Shown piece after piece: positions 48,927 to 62,269 of a stretch of 64,000 nt of DNA. The notes below the pieces were generated by a model. That model had not been told where the DNA came from. It searched no databases and saw only the letters and a program-made list of their open reading frames with translations. The stretch is from the NCBI RefSeq assembly GCF_963921235.1, contig NC_086097.1:220908001-220972000 (forward strand). The letters are read 5' to 3'. Made by a program: the position numbers and the translations under genes. This DNA comes from Mobula hypostoma. Its lineage: Eukaryota. Position 1 is the first letter of the stretch. The number at the start of each line of letters is the position of its first letter.

Positions 48927-49087
48927 GATGTTTCGATGACCAACTCTGCCATCTTCATCAGGGATCATCCCTGATGATGATGGCGGAGTTTGTCATTGAA
49001 ACATTGATTATAATCCATACCTGTACCTGGCTGGAAGCCCAAGAAGAGCTTATTTGTCATATACGCCGAGAAAGCACTAGATCTTTT
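48927..49087. ncRNA. Back-to-back pair of hammerhead-like motifs from a second PLE family, followed by a Penelope-type 3' end
   Basis: Plus: atccCTGATGA-tgatggcggagtttgtcatt-GAAAcatt; minus: atccCTGATGA-agatggcagagttggtcatc-GAAAcatc. Confidence 0.68.
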
Positions 49088-49569
49088 CACTTATACTTCA
49101 CAGTTAATCAATTTGGGACGGGCACATCATTTCATATATTCTACATATTTGCTTCAGTAGCTCAAAGACTTCCACTTCTGCAGTACTTCACTAGATGTAT
49201 CAAAGTTAACAGGATGCTTTATGTGGGCCTCATAGCTATTTCCATGGGCCTCTTTAGGGCAAGTTTCGAATTATTGGAAACAGAGTGATGAAAGAGTGGG
49301 TTGATTCAGGACAAGACTGGGCCAGAGACACCCAAATCAGGTTATGTCATGTCCTGAGTGCTCCAAGTAACTGGAATCTATCAGTGAGAATGGTCTACCA
49401 TGCTACCAAATTACAGCAATTGGCCTCAGCTGAGCAATCCTGAGTAGTATCAAGGGATCTCTGTCACAATTCCTCCTTTGTTTTCCCCAGTGGTCTCTGA
49501 TTACTGTAGATGGGAATTGCTGCACAATTCAGAGCCCAACATCCCTTGTTCAGTAGGATAAATCACCAC

Positions 49570-52500
49570 ATAGAGCCATAGTGCACTACAGGACAGAAAC
49601 AGGCTGTTTGGTCCATCTAGTCCAGGCTGATCTGATTTTCTGCCCTGTTCTATCTATCTCTACCCAGAATCTAGCTCTCATAACTCCTCCCATTCATGTG
49701 CCTATTCAAAGTTCTCTCAAATTCTGCAATTGAACCTGCATCTACCACTTCCACTGGCAGCTTGTTCGACACTCACACCACTCTCTAAATTCAAATTTCC
49801 CCTCAGGTTACTGTTAAATATTTCACCTTTCACCCTAAACTTATGACCCCTAGATCTAGTCTCAGCCAACCTCAGAGGAAAGTGCCTGCATGCAATCACT
49901 CTATCTATACCCCTGGTAATTTTGTATACCCGTAGAAAACCATAGAAAAACTACAGCACAGAAACAGGCCTTTTGGCCCTTCTTGGCTGTGCCGAATCAT
50001 TTTCTGCCTAGTCCCACTGACCTGCACACGGACAATATCCCTCCATACACCTCCCATCCATGTATCTGTCCAATTTATTCTTAAATGTTAAAAAAGAAAC
50101 TGCATTTACCACTTCGTCTGGCAGCTCATTCCACACTCCCACCACTCTCTGTGTGAAGAAGCCCCCCCCAAATGTTCCCTTTAAACTTTTCCCCCCTCAC
50201 CCTTAACCTATGTCCTCTGGTTTTGTTTCTCCCCTTGCCTCAGTGGAAAAAGCTTGCTTGCATTCATTCTATCTATACCCATCATAATTTTATATACCTC
50301 TATCAAATCTCCCCTCATTCTTCTACGCTTCAGGGAATAAAGTCCTAACCTATTCAACCTTTCTCTGTAACTGAGTTTCTCAAGTCCCGGCAACATCCTT
50401 GTAAACCTTCTCTGCACTCTTTCAACCTTATTAATATCCTTCCTGTAACTTGGTGACCAAAACTGAACACAGTACTCCAGATTCGGCCTCACCAATGCCT
50501 TCTACAACCTCATCATAACATTCCAGCTCTTATACTCAATACTTTGATTAATAAAGGCCAATGTACCAAAAGCTCTCCTTACAACCCTATCTACCTGTGA
50601 CACCACTTTTAGGGAATTTTGTATCTGTATTCCCAGATCCCTCTGTTCTACTGCACTCCTCAGTGCCTTATCATTTACCCTATATGTTCTACCTTGGTTT
50701 GTCCTTCCAAATTGCAATACCTCACACTTGTCTGTATTAAACTCCATCTGCCGTTTTTCAGCTGGTCCAAGTCCCTCTGCAAGCTTTGAAAACCTTCCTC
50801 ACAGTCCACTACACCTCCATTCTTTGTATCATCAGCAAATTTGCTGATCCAATTTACCACATTATCATCCAGATTATTGATGTAGATGACAAATAACAAT
50901 GGACCCAGCACTGATCCCTGTGGCACACCACTAGTCACAGGCCTCCACTCAGAGAAGCAATTCTCTACTACCACTCTTTGGCTTCTTCCATTGAGCCAAT
51001 GTCTAATCCAATTTACCACCTCTCCATGTATACCTAGCGACTGAACTTTCTGAACTAACCTCCCATGCGGGACCTTGTCAAAGGCCTTACTGAAGCCCAT
51101 GTAGACAACATCCACTGCCTTCCTTTCATCCACTTTCCTGGTAACCTCCTCGAAAAACTCCAATAGATTGGTCAAACATGACCTACCACGCACAAAGCCA
51201 TGTTGACTCTCCCTAGTAAGTCCCTGTCTATCCAAATGCTTGTAGATTCTGTCTCTTGGTACTCCCTCCAATAACTTACCCACTACCGACGTCAAACTTG
51301 CCGGCCTATAATTTCCCGGATTACTTTTCGATCCTTTTTTAAACAATGGGACAACATGAGCCATTTTCCAATCCTTTGGCACCTCACCCGTAGACACCAA
51401 CATTTTAAATATATCTGCCAGGGTCCCTGCAATTTCAACACTAGTCTCCTTCAAGATCCAAGGGAATACCCTGTCAGGTCCTGGGGATTTATCCACTTTA
51501 ATTTGCCTCAAGATAGCAAGCGCCTCCTGCTTTTCAATCTGTACAGTTTCCATGATCTCACTACTTGTTTCCCTTAATTCCATAAAATTCATGCCAGTTT
51601 CCTTAGTAAATACAGACGCAAAAAACCCATTTAAGATCTCCCCCATTTCTTTTGGTTCTGCACATAGCTGACCACTCTGATCTTCAAGAGGACGAATTTT
51701 ATCCCTTACAATCCTTTTAATATACCTGTAAAAGCTCTTTGGATTATCCTTCACTTCAACTGCCAAGGCAACCTCATGTCTTCTTTTAGCCCTCCTGATT
51801 TCCTTCTTAAGTTTGCGGATGACACGAAGCTGGGTGGCAGTGTTAGCAGTGAGGAGGATGCTAAGAGGATGCAGGGTGACTTGGATAGGTTGGGTGAGTG
51901 GGCAAACTCATGGCAGATGCAATTTAATGTGGATAAATGTGAAGTTATCCACTTTGGTGGCAAAAATAGGAAAACAGATTATTATCTGAATGGTGGCCGA
52001 TTAGGAAAAGGGGAGGTGCAACGAGACCTGGGTGTCATTATACACCAGTCATTGAAAGTGGGCATGCAGGTACAGCAGGCGGTGAAAAAGGCGAACGGTA
52101 TGCTGACATTTATAGCGAGAGGATTCGAGTACAGGAGCAGGGAGGTACTACTGCAGTTGTACAAGGCCTTGGTGAGACCACACCTGGAGTATTGTGTGCA
52201 GTTTTGGTCCCCTAATCTGAGGAAAGACATCTTTGCCATAGAGGGAGTACAAAGAAGGTTCACCAGATTGATTCCTGGGATGGCAGGTCTTTCATATGAA
52301 GAAAGACTGGATGAACTGGGCTTGTACTCGTTGGAATTTAGAAGATTGAGGGGGGATCTGATTGAAACGTATAAGATCCTAAAGGGATTGGACAGGCTAG
52401 ATGCGGGAAGATTGTTCCCGATGTTGGGGAGGTCTAGAACGAGGGGTCACAGTTTGAGGATAGAGGGGAAGCCTTTTAGGACCGAGGTTAGGAAAAACTT

Positions 52501-54665
52501 CTTCACACAGAGAGTGGTGAATCTGTGGAATTCTCTGCCACAGCAAACTGTTGAGGCCAGTTCATTAGCTATGTTTAAAAGGAAGTTAGATATGGCCCTT
52601 GTGGCTACAGGGGTCAGGGGGTATGGAGGGAAGGCTGGGTTCTGAGTTGGATGATCAGCCATGATCATAATAAATGGCGGTGCAGGCTCGAAGGGCCGAA
52701 TGGCCTACTCCTGCACCTATTTTCTATGTTTCTATGTTTCTAAGTATTTTCTTGCACTTTTTCTACTCCTCAAGCACCTTATTTACTCCCTGTTTCCTGT
52801 ACATGTCATACAACCCTCTCTTCTTCTTTATCAGAGTTGCAATATCCCTTGAGAACTAAGGTCCCTTATTCCTATTCACTTTGCCTTTAATCCTGACAGA
52901 AACATACAAGCTCTGTACTCTCAAAATTTCTCCTAAGTAAGGCTTCCCACTTACCGATCGCATCCTTGCCAGAGAACAACCTGTCCCAATCCACGCTTTT
53001 TAGATCCTTTCTCATTTCTTCAAATTTGGCCTTCTTCCTGTTCAGAACCTCAAACCTAGGACCAGATCTATCCTTGTCCATGATCAAGTTGAAACTAATG
53101 CTGTTATGATCACTGGAACCAAGGTGCTCCACTACACACACTTCCGTCACTTGTCCTAAGTCGTTTCTTAACAGAAGATCCAATATTGCATCCTTTCTAG
53201 TTGGTACCTCTATATATTGATTTAGAAAACTTTCTTGAACGCATTTTACAAACTCTAAACCATCTAGACCCCTAACAGTATGGGAGTCCCAATCAATATG
53301 TGGAAAATTAAAATCCCCTACCACCACAACTTTATGTTTCCTGCAGTTACCTGCTATCTCTCTGCAGATTTGCTCCTCCAATTCTCGCTGACTATTGGGT
53401 GGTCTATAATACAACCAATAGGCCATACCTTTCCTGTTTCTCAGCTCCACCCATAACGACTCAGTAGACAAGCCCTCTAATCTGTTCTGCCTGAGCACTG
53501 CTGTAACATTTTCCCTGACGAGCAATGCTACCCCCCACCTTTCATTCCTCTGCCTCTATCTCATCTGAAACATTGGAACCCTAGAATATTAAGCTGCCAG
53601 TCCTGCCCCTCCTGTGGCGAAGTTTCACTAATTGTTATAACGTCATAATTCCACGTGTCAATCCACGCCCTCATCTCGTCTGCCTTCCCCGCAATACTCC
53701 GAGCATTACCCCTATAAGATCTCCTCATTCTCCTACGATCCAGGGAACAAAGTCCTAACCTATTCAACCTTTCTCTATAGCTCAGGTCTTCAAGTCCCAG
53801 CAACATCCTTATCAATTTTTTTGCTGGACTCTTTCAAACTTATTGATATCTTTCCCATAGATAGGTGATCAATACTGCACATAGTACTTTAAATGCAGCC
53901 TGACCAACATCTTGTACAACTTCAACATAACATTCCAACTCCTGTACTCAGTGCCCTGATTTATGAAGGCCAATGTGCTAAAAGCTTTCTTGACAATCCT
54001 GTCTACCTGAGATGCCACTTTCAAGGAATTATGGACCTGTATTCCTAGATCCCTCTGTTCTATGGCATTCCTCAGAGCCTTACCATTTATTGTGCAAGTC
54101 TCACCCTTGCTTGTCCTCCGAAATGCTACACCACTAAATTAAATTTATTGCGTTAAATTCCATCTGCCATTTTCAGCCCAGTTTCCCCAGCTGATCCAGT
54201 TCCTGCTGTGAGCTTTGAGAGTCTTTCACGCTGTTCACTACATCCCCAAACTTGGTGTCGTCTGTAAATTTGCCTGTCCAGTTTACCACGTTATCATCTA
54301 AATCATGAATATAGCTGATAAACAACAATAGACCCAGTACCAATCCCTGCAGCACAGCACACCACTCATCACAGGCCTCCAGTCAGAGGGACAACCATCT
54401 CCTGCTACTCTTTGGCTTCTCCCGCTAAGCTGAGGTTGAATCCAATTGGCTACCTCATCCTGAATGCCAAGTGATAGAACCTTTTTGACCATCCTTCCAT
54501 ATGGGACTTTGTCAAAGGCCTTGCTAAAACCCATGTCGACAAAGTCCACTGCATTTCCTTCATCAATCTTCCTGGCAACCTCCTCAGAAAACTCTGTAAG
54601 ATTGGTTTGACATGACCTACCATGCACAAAGCCATATTGACTATCCCTAATCAGGCCCTGTCTTT
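49570..54665 (-). mobile_element. Nested CR1 cluster: old CR1 (49570-49931 and 53707-54665) containing a younger CR1 (49932-53706; endonuclease and RT)
   Basis: Host sequence rejoins as tttgtataccc|ctataagatc; inner copy has YRPP/GDFN/SDH endonuclease and PQGSVLGP/FADD RT motifs. Confidence 0.88.
51808..52740 (+). mobile_element. 5'-truncated CR1 inserted antisense into the inner CR1
   Basis: Uninterrupted ORF from KFADD to the stop at 52645; (TTTCTATG)n tail; taagt duplicated at both junctions. Confidence 0.9.
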
Positions 54666-54974
54666 TGGATATAAGGGTTCATGTTCATGCTGGAGAGATG
54701 AGTCTATTAGCAGGACAAAGGGAGCAGATGGAATGAAGAATTATTAACAAGAAGATAAATAAATGGCGAAAGAACGGGGAGGAGAAAGAAGAACAGATGG
54801 TAATCAAGGAATATGAGTTATAATTTGAGCCTTTTGTTTCTTCAAAGAAGCATACCTACAATGAAGCAAATAAATGAATTGAGAGGTGAAGAGAAAGTGA
54901 TGAATGGAAGTGAGAGAGCAATGAATGACAAAACAAGGGCAAATGAGGCTAGTAGGAATGGAAATGTGAGGCTG

Positions 54975-56015
54975 GGCTACATCCACACTACGCTGGATAA
55001 TTTTGAAAACAAAGCCTTTTCTCTTCGTTTTGACCTTCCGTCCACACTGAAACAGCGTTTTTAGCCCCCGAAAACGGAGATTTTCAGAAACGGTCTCCAG
55101 AGTGAATAAATCTGAAAACACCTAATATCCGTTATAGTGTGTACGGGGTAAATGGAGAGATTTAAAAACGCTGTCATGACAACACCACAACAACAATACT
55201 TTTTCTGCTCTGCTTGGTACTGTGCAAGCACTGCAATACGGCTGTTACAACACGCAGTTGGTGTGAACGGAGTGAGAGTTAAATTGTAAAGTGAAATTTG
55301 CAGTGTTTTGACTATTTAAAAACACTGTCATGACGTGCCGGAACAGATGGCGGCAGCGCGGTGTTTCGTTGTTTTCTTGAACGCAACCCCCCACACAACC
55401 TAACAGTTTCAGAACAGACGGCCACGAGACTGAAGCCAGAAGAGTTAGAAATGTACTCACCAAATACTTTGACCCATAGCTTACTGAATAAATAAGTATA
55501 CTCACTTTGCTCTGTTTTCTGTCCTTGCTTGTATGAAGGTGGTTTACCTATTTATGCAAGTACTTCTCTGACAATGGATGTGTAACAGCCTAATGTAACA
55601 TTGTATGGAAATGCAAGATAACACTGATGCACATGTTTTATACATTTAACAAGGTGCTTTATTAATGCAACAGAGTTAGTCAATTTTTCAATGTTCGTTA
55701 TCAGCCGGATCATACTGTCCGTGACCTCTCTGTCGGTTGTCTGCATACGCTCCAGTATTTGTTTTTTTTTTAGTTTTAAGTCCTCCGCAATTCCTTTGAA
55801 GTTTTTCTATTCTGTAACTGGACAAATGCACACTAAGTATACCGTTTCCTCTTCTCTTGTTTTCTGTGTGTCCTGTGCGTGCCCAGTATTGGAGATTCGC
55901 CCAAATATCTGTGTTAGTGTGGACAGAGATATTTTGAAAAATGCTTAGTGTGTACGCCTGTCGTTTTTACTGGAAACCTGCGTTTTCAAAATTATCCGGA
56001 CGTAGTGCGGACGCC
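54975..56015. mobile_element. Non-autonomous PIF/Harbinger-like DNA transposon
   Basis: Imperfect terminal inverted repeats ggctacatccacactacgctggataattttgaaaac and gttttcaaaattatccggacgtagtgcggacgcc; superfamily from TIR resemblance only. Confidence 0.65.
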
Positions 56016-56369
56016 AAAGTGCAAAGCATAGTACTAACAGTCACACTCAGCAAAAAGCACACATGCCACATGCAAGAGAGCAAGCATGTGTAAGATATCG
56101 GTAAAATATTGTCATGCAAAAAAATAGTCCAGTCCCTGAGTCCACGAATCCCACAGAAATTTGCAGTCGACTGCAATTCAGCTTGTCTACTGCCGGGCGA
56201 ATACTGGGGGTGGGGGGAGTACTGACTCCAGCCTGGACATTCTGGTGGAGGACACTGCCTCCGATGCCCCTCTCCTGGCAGCCGTAAACAGGTGACACCA
56301 GGGCTTGAGGCCTAGTGCTTGCTATGATCGAGGTCACACACAGTTCGCCCACCGTCTGCCAATAAATTA

Positions 56370-57071
56370 TACTTTATACTTTATTGTCGCCAAACAATTG
56401 GTACTAGAATGTACAATCATCACAGTGATATTTGATTCTGTGCTTCCCACTCCCTGGATTACAAATATTAAATATTAAAAATGGTTAACATTAGTAAATA
56501 TTAAAAATCATAAATAGAAAATAGAAAAATGTGAAGTAAGGTAGTGCAAAAAAAAACCGAGAGGCAGGTCCGGATATTTGGAGGGTACGGCCCAGATCCG
56601 GGTCAGGATCCGTTCAGCAGTCTTATCACAGTTGGAAAGAAGCTGTTCCCAAATCTGGCCGTAGGAGTCTTCAAGCTCCTGAGCCTTCTCCCGGAGGGAA
56701 GAGGGACAAAAAGTATGTTGGCTGGATAGGTCATGTCCTTGATTATCCTGGCAGCACTACTCCGACAGCGTGCGGTGTAAAGTGAGTCCACGGATGGAAG
56801 ATTGGTTTGTGTGATGTGCTGCACTGTGTTCACGATCTTCTGCAGCTTCTTTTGGTCTTGGACAGGACAACTTCCATAGCAGGCTGTGATGCACCCTAGA
56901 AGAATGCTTTCTGCAGTGCATCTATAAAAATTAGTGAGGGTTTTAGGGGACAGGCCAAATTTCTTCAGTTTTCTCAGGAAGTAAAGGCACTGGTGGGCCT
57001 TCTTGGCAGTGAACTCTGCTTGGTCAGACCAAGTCAGGTCATTTATGATATTGACCCCGAGGAACTTAAAG
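56370..57071 (-). mobile_element. Young Rex1/Babar-type 3' fragment
   Basis: ORF 56603-57082 nearly identical to the 37373-38557 copy; (ATAAAGT)n tail. Confidence 0.88.
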
Positions 57072-58031
57072 CCATGCAGCATTCCACATTAACAATGTCC
57101 AAAAGGGTCTTGCGATCACAAGAAGAGTGACTAAGACAACTCACTATTAGACTGCACGCCGCCTTCGCGCAGCGACTCCCCCGAAGTCTCTCTGATGCAA
57201 GCAGCAGCACGATCTGCACCAAGTCCAGCACCTTCAGTTTCTTTACCAATGAGAAACTCACTGATGGGGTAGACCTGCAGGTCATGAAGTTCTTGATATC
57301 TAGCACAATCTTGAGATCATAAAAAATGTTTAAAAAGGACAGTAGCATCCTTTGTTGACCCTATAGAAGATGCTGTGATCAAACATGCTAAGGGTTGGAA
57401 GAATGGGTGATTTCAAAGTTCAAAGTAAATTTATTATCAAAGCACATACTGTATATGTTGTCATATACAATCCTGAGATTCATTTTTTACGGGCATTTTT
57501 CAATATGTCCATATAGAATAATAACCATAATTGAATCAATGAAAGACCACACCAAGTTGGATGTTGAACCAGTGTGCAAAAGACAACTACTCATTTGCAA
57601 ATACAGAAAAAAAAGAAATAATAAAAATTAAATAAGCAATAAATATCGAGAACTCGAGATGAAGAATCCTTGAAAGTGAGTCTATAGGTTGTGGAAACGT
57701 TTCAATGATGGGGTAAGTGAAGTTAAGCGATCTTACCCCTTTGGTTCAAGAGCCTGATGGTTGAGGGGTAATAACTGGTCCTGAGCCTGGTGGTGTGATT
57801 CCTGAGCATCTTGTATCTTCTTCCTGATGGCAGCAGTGAGAAGGGAGTATGATCTGGGTGGTGTGGTTAGCTGATGACGGATGTTGCTTTCCTGCAACAA
57901 TGCTTTGTGTAGATGTGCCCAATAGTGTAATCAAGAGTAAAGGCAATCTATATGGACTCTTCATCTCACAATCCACCTCATTATGATCTTACATTTTATT
58001 GTTTATCTGCACTGCACTTTCCCTGTAGCTG

Positions 58032-58765
58032 TCAGCCAGGGTTTCTTTCTTATCATAAATACCCTTCTTGTGCAAGATAGTGGAGCCATAAACCCTATCG
58101 CCAGTTGCAGCCACTGACTTCTGCAGCTCACTCAGAGTGACTGTCGGCATCACAGTAGCCTCTCTTTCAAGTGCAATTCTTCTTTGGCGACTAAGTTTAG
58201 AGGGGACATCTGACCCAGGCATTGTGGCTGTGGTTTCATATTTTTCCACTTTTTCACTATGGATTGCTCTGAGCTCCGAGGTATGTTCAGTGCCTTTGTG
58301 AAGGTCTTGTAGCCTTCCCCAGATCTGTGTTTCTCTATTTTCATTTCCCTGACTTGTCTTGAATGTTCTTTTGTTTTCATTTTGGATCAGTCTGTTGAAA
58401 ATCTACCATACCATTGGACCTTGCAGAGAGAAGGGATGTTTATTCTTATGAATGCATTGAGAACGAGTGATCCTCTGATTTTCTACATCAACAATTGAGT
58501 GAGTGAGTTGGTAAGGTAATATTGCACCTGAGGGAAGTTAGTTTAGTAATTATAAAGGGGATGAACAGTTCTTCAGCCTCACAATTCTGGATTTTAATTT
58601 TTTTGTAAATTGTTGACAGGTTTTGGAATTTTTCTTTTGATTTGACATGCTGCACACCATTTTGGAGATTAGTTTAAAAATCCTACTTCAATATATTTTA
58701 CATTTAGAAAATGGGACAGTAAAATGTGAAACATTATGGGGTCTGTATACTTTTTCAAGACACTG
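58032..58765 (-). mobile_element. Tc1-like transposon 5' remnant
   Basis: MKTKEHSRQVREMKIEKHRSGEGYKTFTKALNIPRS paired-like HTH; terminus TA-CAGTGTCTTGAAAAAGTAT at 58747-58767. Confidence 0.85.
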
Positions 58766-60013
58766 TATCTGAAAGGAAAGTAAGAAGAGGTGTGATCTAG
58801 GTAGGATTTCCAACATAGCACAGGTATAGACTCAGAAGGCTGTGTCAGGATTATTAAGTGATTTAACTCCCCTGCAACTCTAACCTGTTTGATTTAGGGA
58901 GGTCACGTCCAAATCCAAGGTTAGTTCCTAATTTAGTTCTGCTGGTTGCTGTCACATTTCTCAAGTGCTTGGTGGTTTCTACAGTTCTGGATAATTCCTA
59001 AAGTCTTTAGGAAGTGATGTGGGTGCACTGAATATGTTTACCTTAATTTCAAGGCATCTGCACCAGCAATTGCTCGCCAATATGGGTTCTTTAATACACA
59101 CTCACATTGGAACCCATACCATACAGAGGGCACACGGAGGAGGATGCTTCTTGAAGGAGAGAGAGGAGGAGGAGTAAAAGCCAATGGGAAAATTGCTCAA
59201 GCAAGAGAAAATCTGTAGGTGCTGGAAATCCGAGCAACACACACATTTCCTATCAGAGCCACAGCAATGAAACGTTTGATCTTCAGCAGGGAGGACATCA
59301 AAAACCTGCTGCAGACAACAGAGCAGGGCAAGGGCAGAAATAGCCAGTCATTGTGACTGCAGTCATAATCTTTAAAGTGTCAACAGATGTTTTGAATGCT
59401 TGTCTCCGAGTTCACCCACATTTCTTGCCCTCACTGATATGGAGTCTTGAATGTTTGGGCCTTCACAACACCGAAGTACCTTCTTCTGACACAGCCAGTG
59501 ACCTGCAGATGAACTCTCTACCTTCAGCCCGTGGCCGTGATGTTATTTCTTTCCGAGCCAAGTGCATGCGAGTAACCTGGATCAATGGAAGAATGAGTCC
59601 CTGTGAGAGACACGTGTAGAGTGTGTGACGGAGAGGTGGTGCATTTGATGGATAGTGCACTTGAAAATATATTTGAGGTGATACTTGTGAGGTCACTGAA
59701 CTTTTGCACGTTGCTTGTTTCTCAGTCTTTGCTTATATATAGTTTTTATTTGTTTTTCTATTGTACTCTATCTTCTTGTAAATACCTGTAAGAAATAAAT
59801 CTCAAGGTATTATATGACATATACAGTACGTACTTTAATAAAGGTTGGTTGGCATCCATCTGTCTCGAAGGACAATGGGTGATGATGATCATCATCACAA
59901 GCCTGGGCGGAAGGTATGGATAGAAATCCTGAGATGCCCAGTTGTCAAGATCTCCCTCTTGGCTTCACCGGTTTAATAATAAACTTTGATAATAGCGATG
60001 GGTGGCTGAAGTG

Positions 60014-62178
60014 AACATAGAACATAGAATAGTACAGCACAGTACAGGCCCTTCGGTCCACAATGTTGTGCCGACCCTCAAATCCTGCCTCCCATATAAC
60101 CCCCCACCTTAAATTCCTCCAAATACCTGTCCAGTAGTCTCTTAAATTTTACTAGTGTATCTGCCTCTACCACTGACTCAGGCAGTGCATTCCATGCACC
60201 AATCACTCTCTGAGTAAAAAAACCTTCCTCTAATATCACCCTTGAACTTCTCACCCCTTACGTTAAAGCCACGTCTTCTTGTATTGAGCAGTGGTGCCCT
60301 GGGGAAGAGGTGCTGGCTGTCCAGTCTATTTATTCCTCTTAATATCTTCTATACCTCTAACATGTCTCCTCTCATACTCCTCTTCTCCAAAGAGTAAAGC
60401 CCTAGCTCCCTTAATCTCTGATCGTAATGCATACTCTCTAAACTAGGCAGCTTCCTGGTAAATCTCCTCTGTACCCTTTCCAATGCTTCCACATTCTTCC
60501 TATAGTGAAGTGACCAGAACTGGACACAGTATTCCAAGTGTGGCCTAACCAGAGTTTTATAGAGCTGCATCATTACCCCATGACTCTTAAACTTTATCCC
60601 TCGAGTTATGAAAGCTAACACCCCATAAGCTTTCTTAACTACCCTACCTACCTGTGAGGCAACTTTCAGGGATCTATGGACATGTACCCCCAGATCCCTC
60701 TGCTCCTTAACACTACCAAGTATTCTGGCATGTACTTTGTACTCTGCCTTGGAGTTTGTCCTTCCAAAGTGTACCACCTCACACTTCTCCGGGTTGAACT
60801 CCATCTGCCACTTCTGCATCCTATCAATGCCTCTCTGCAATCTTCGACAATCCTCTGCGCTGTCCACAACACCACCAACATTTGTGTTGTCTGCAAACTT
60901 GCCAACCCACCCTTCTACCCCCACATCCAGGTTGTTAATAAAAATCACGAAAAGCAGAGGTCCCAGAACAGATCCTTGTGGGACACCAATAGTCACAACC
61001 CTCCAATCTGAATGTACTCCCTCCACCACGACCCTCTGCCTTCTGCAGGCAAGCCAATTCTGAATCCACCTGGCTAAACCTCTCTGGATCCCATGCCTTC
61101 TGACTTTCTGAAGAACATTGTCAAATGCCTTACTAAAATCCACGTAGATCACATCCACTGCACTACCCTCATCTATATACCTGGTCACCTCCTCAAAGAA
61201 CTCTATCAGGCTTGTTAGACACGATCTGCCCTTCACAAAGCCATGCTGACTGTCCCTGATCAGACCATGATTCCCTAAATGCCCATAGACCCTATCTCTA
61301 AGAATCTTTTCCAATAGCTTTCCCACCACAGATGTAAGGCTCACTGGTCTATAATTACCTGGACTATCCCTTCTACCTTTTTTGAACAAGGGGACAATAT
61401 TTGCCTCCCTCCAATCCTCCGGTACCATTACCGTGGACAACGAGGACATGAAGATCCTAGCCACAGGTTCAGCAATATCTTCCCTCGCCTCATGGAGCAG
61501 CCTGGGGAATATTCTGTCAGGCCCTGGGGGCTTATCTGTCCTAATGTATTTTAACAACTCCAACACCTCCTGTCTCTTAATATCAACATGCTCCAGAACA
61601 TCAACCTCACTCATATTGTCCTCACCATCATCAAGTTCCCTCTCATTGGTGAATACCGAAGAGAAGTATTCACTGAGGTCCTCGCTCACTTCCACAGCCT
61701 CCAGGCACATCTTCCCACCTTTATCTCTAATTGGTCCTACCTTCACTCCTGACATCATTTTGTTCTTCACATAATTGAAGAATGCCTTGGGGTTTTCCTT
61801 TACCCTACTGGCCAAGGCCTTCTCATGCCCCCTTCTTGCTCTCCTCAGCCCCTTTTTAAACTCCTTTTGTGCTACCCTATATTCCTCAATAGACCCATCT
61901 GATCCTTGCTTCCTAAACCTCATGTATACTGCCTTCTTCCACCCGACGAGATTTTCCACCTCACTTGTCACCCATGGATCCTTCACCCTATCATTCTTTA
62001 TTTTCCTCACCGGTACAAATTTATCCCTAACATCCTGCAAGAGATCCCTAAACATCACATATCCATAGTACATTTCCCTGCAAAAACATCATCCCAATTC
62101 ACACCCACAAGTTCTAGCCTTATAGCCTCATAATTTGCCCTTCCCCAATTAAAAATTTTCCCGTCCTCCCTGATTCTA
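60014..62178 (-). mobile_element. 5'-truncated CR1 LINE (RT domain)
   Basis: 574-aa ORF with NYRPVSLTS, QHGF, PQGSVLGP and degenerate FADN; (TTCTATG)n tail. Confidence 0.92.
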
Positions 62179-62269
62179 TGATAATGTTAAAGGTCAAGGT
62201 AACGCTTGCATTATCTTTGGAGAATCTATCTGGAAGAGTTCCCACGCTGTTCATACATGTGCAAGAAAT

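Noticed and set aside
60349..62073. 574-aa RT ORF as a functional gene or active element
   Set aside because: 5'-truncated CR1 lacking the endonuclease, with FADN in place of FADD and internal deletions
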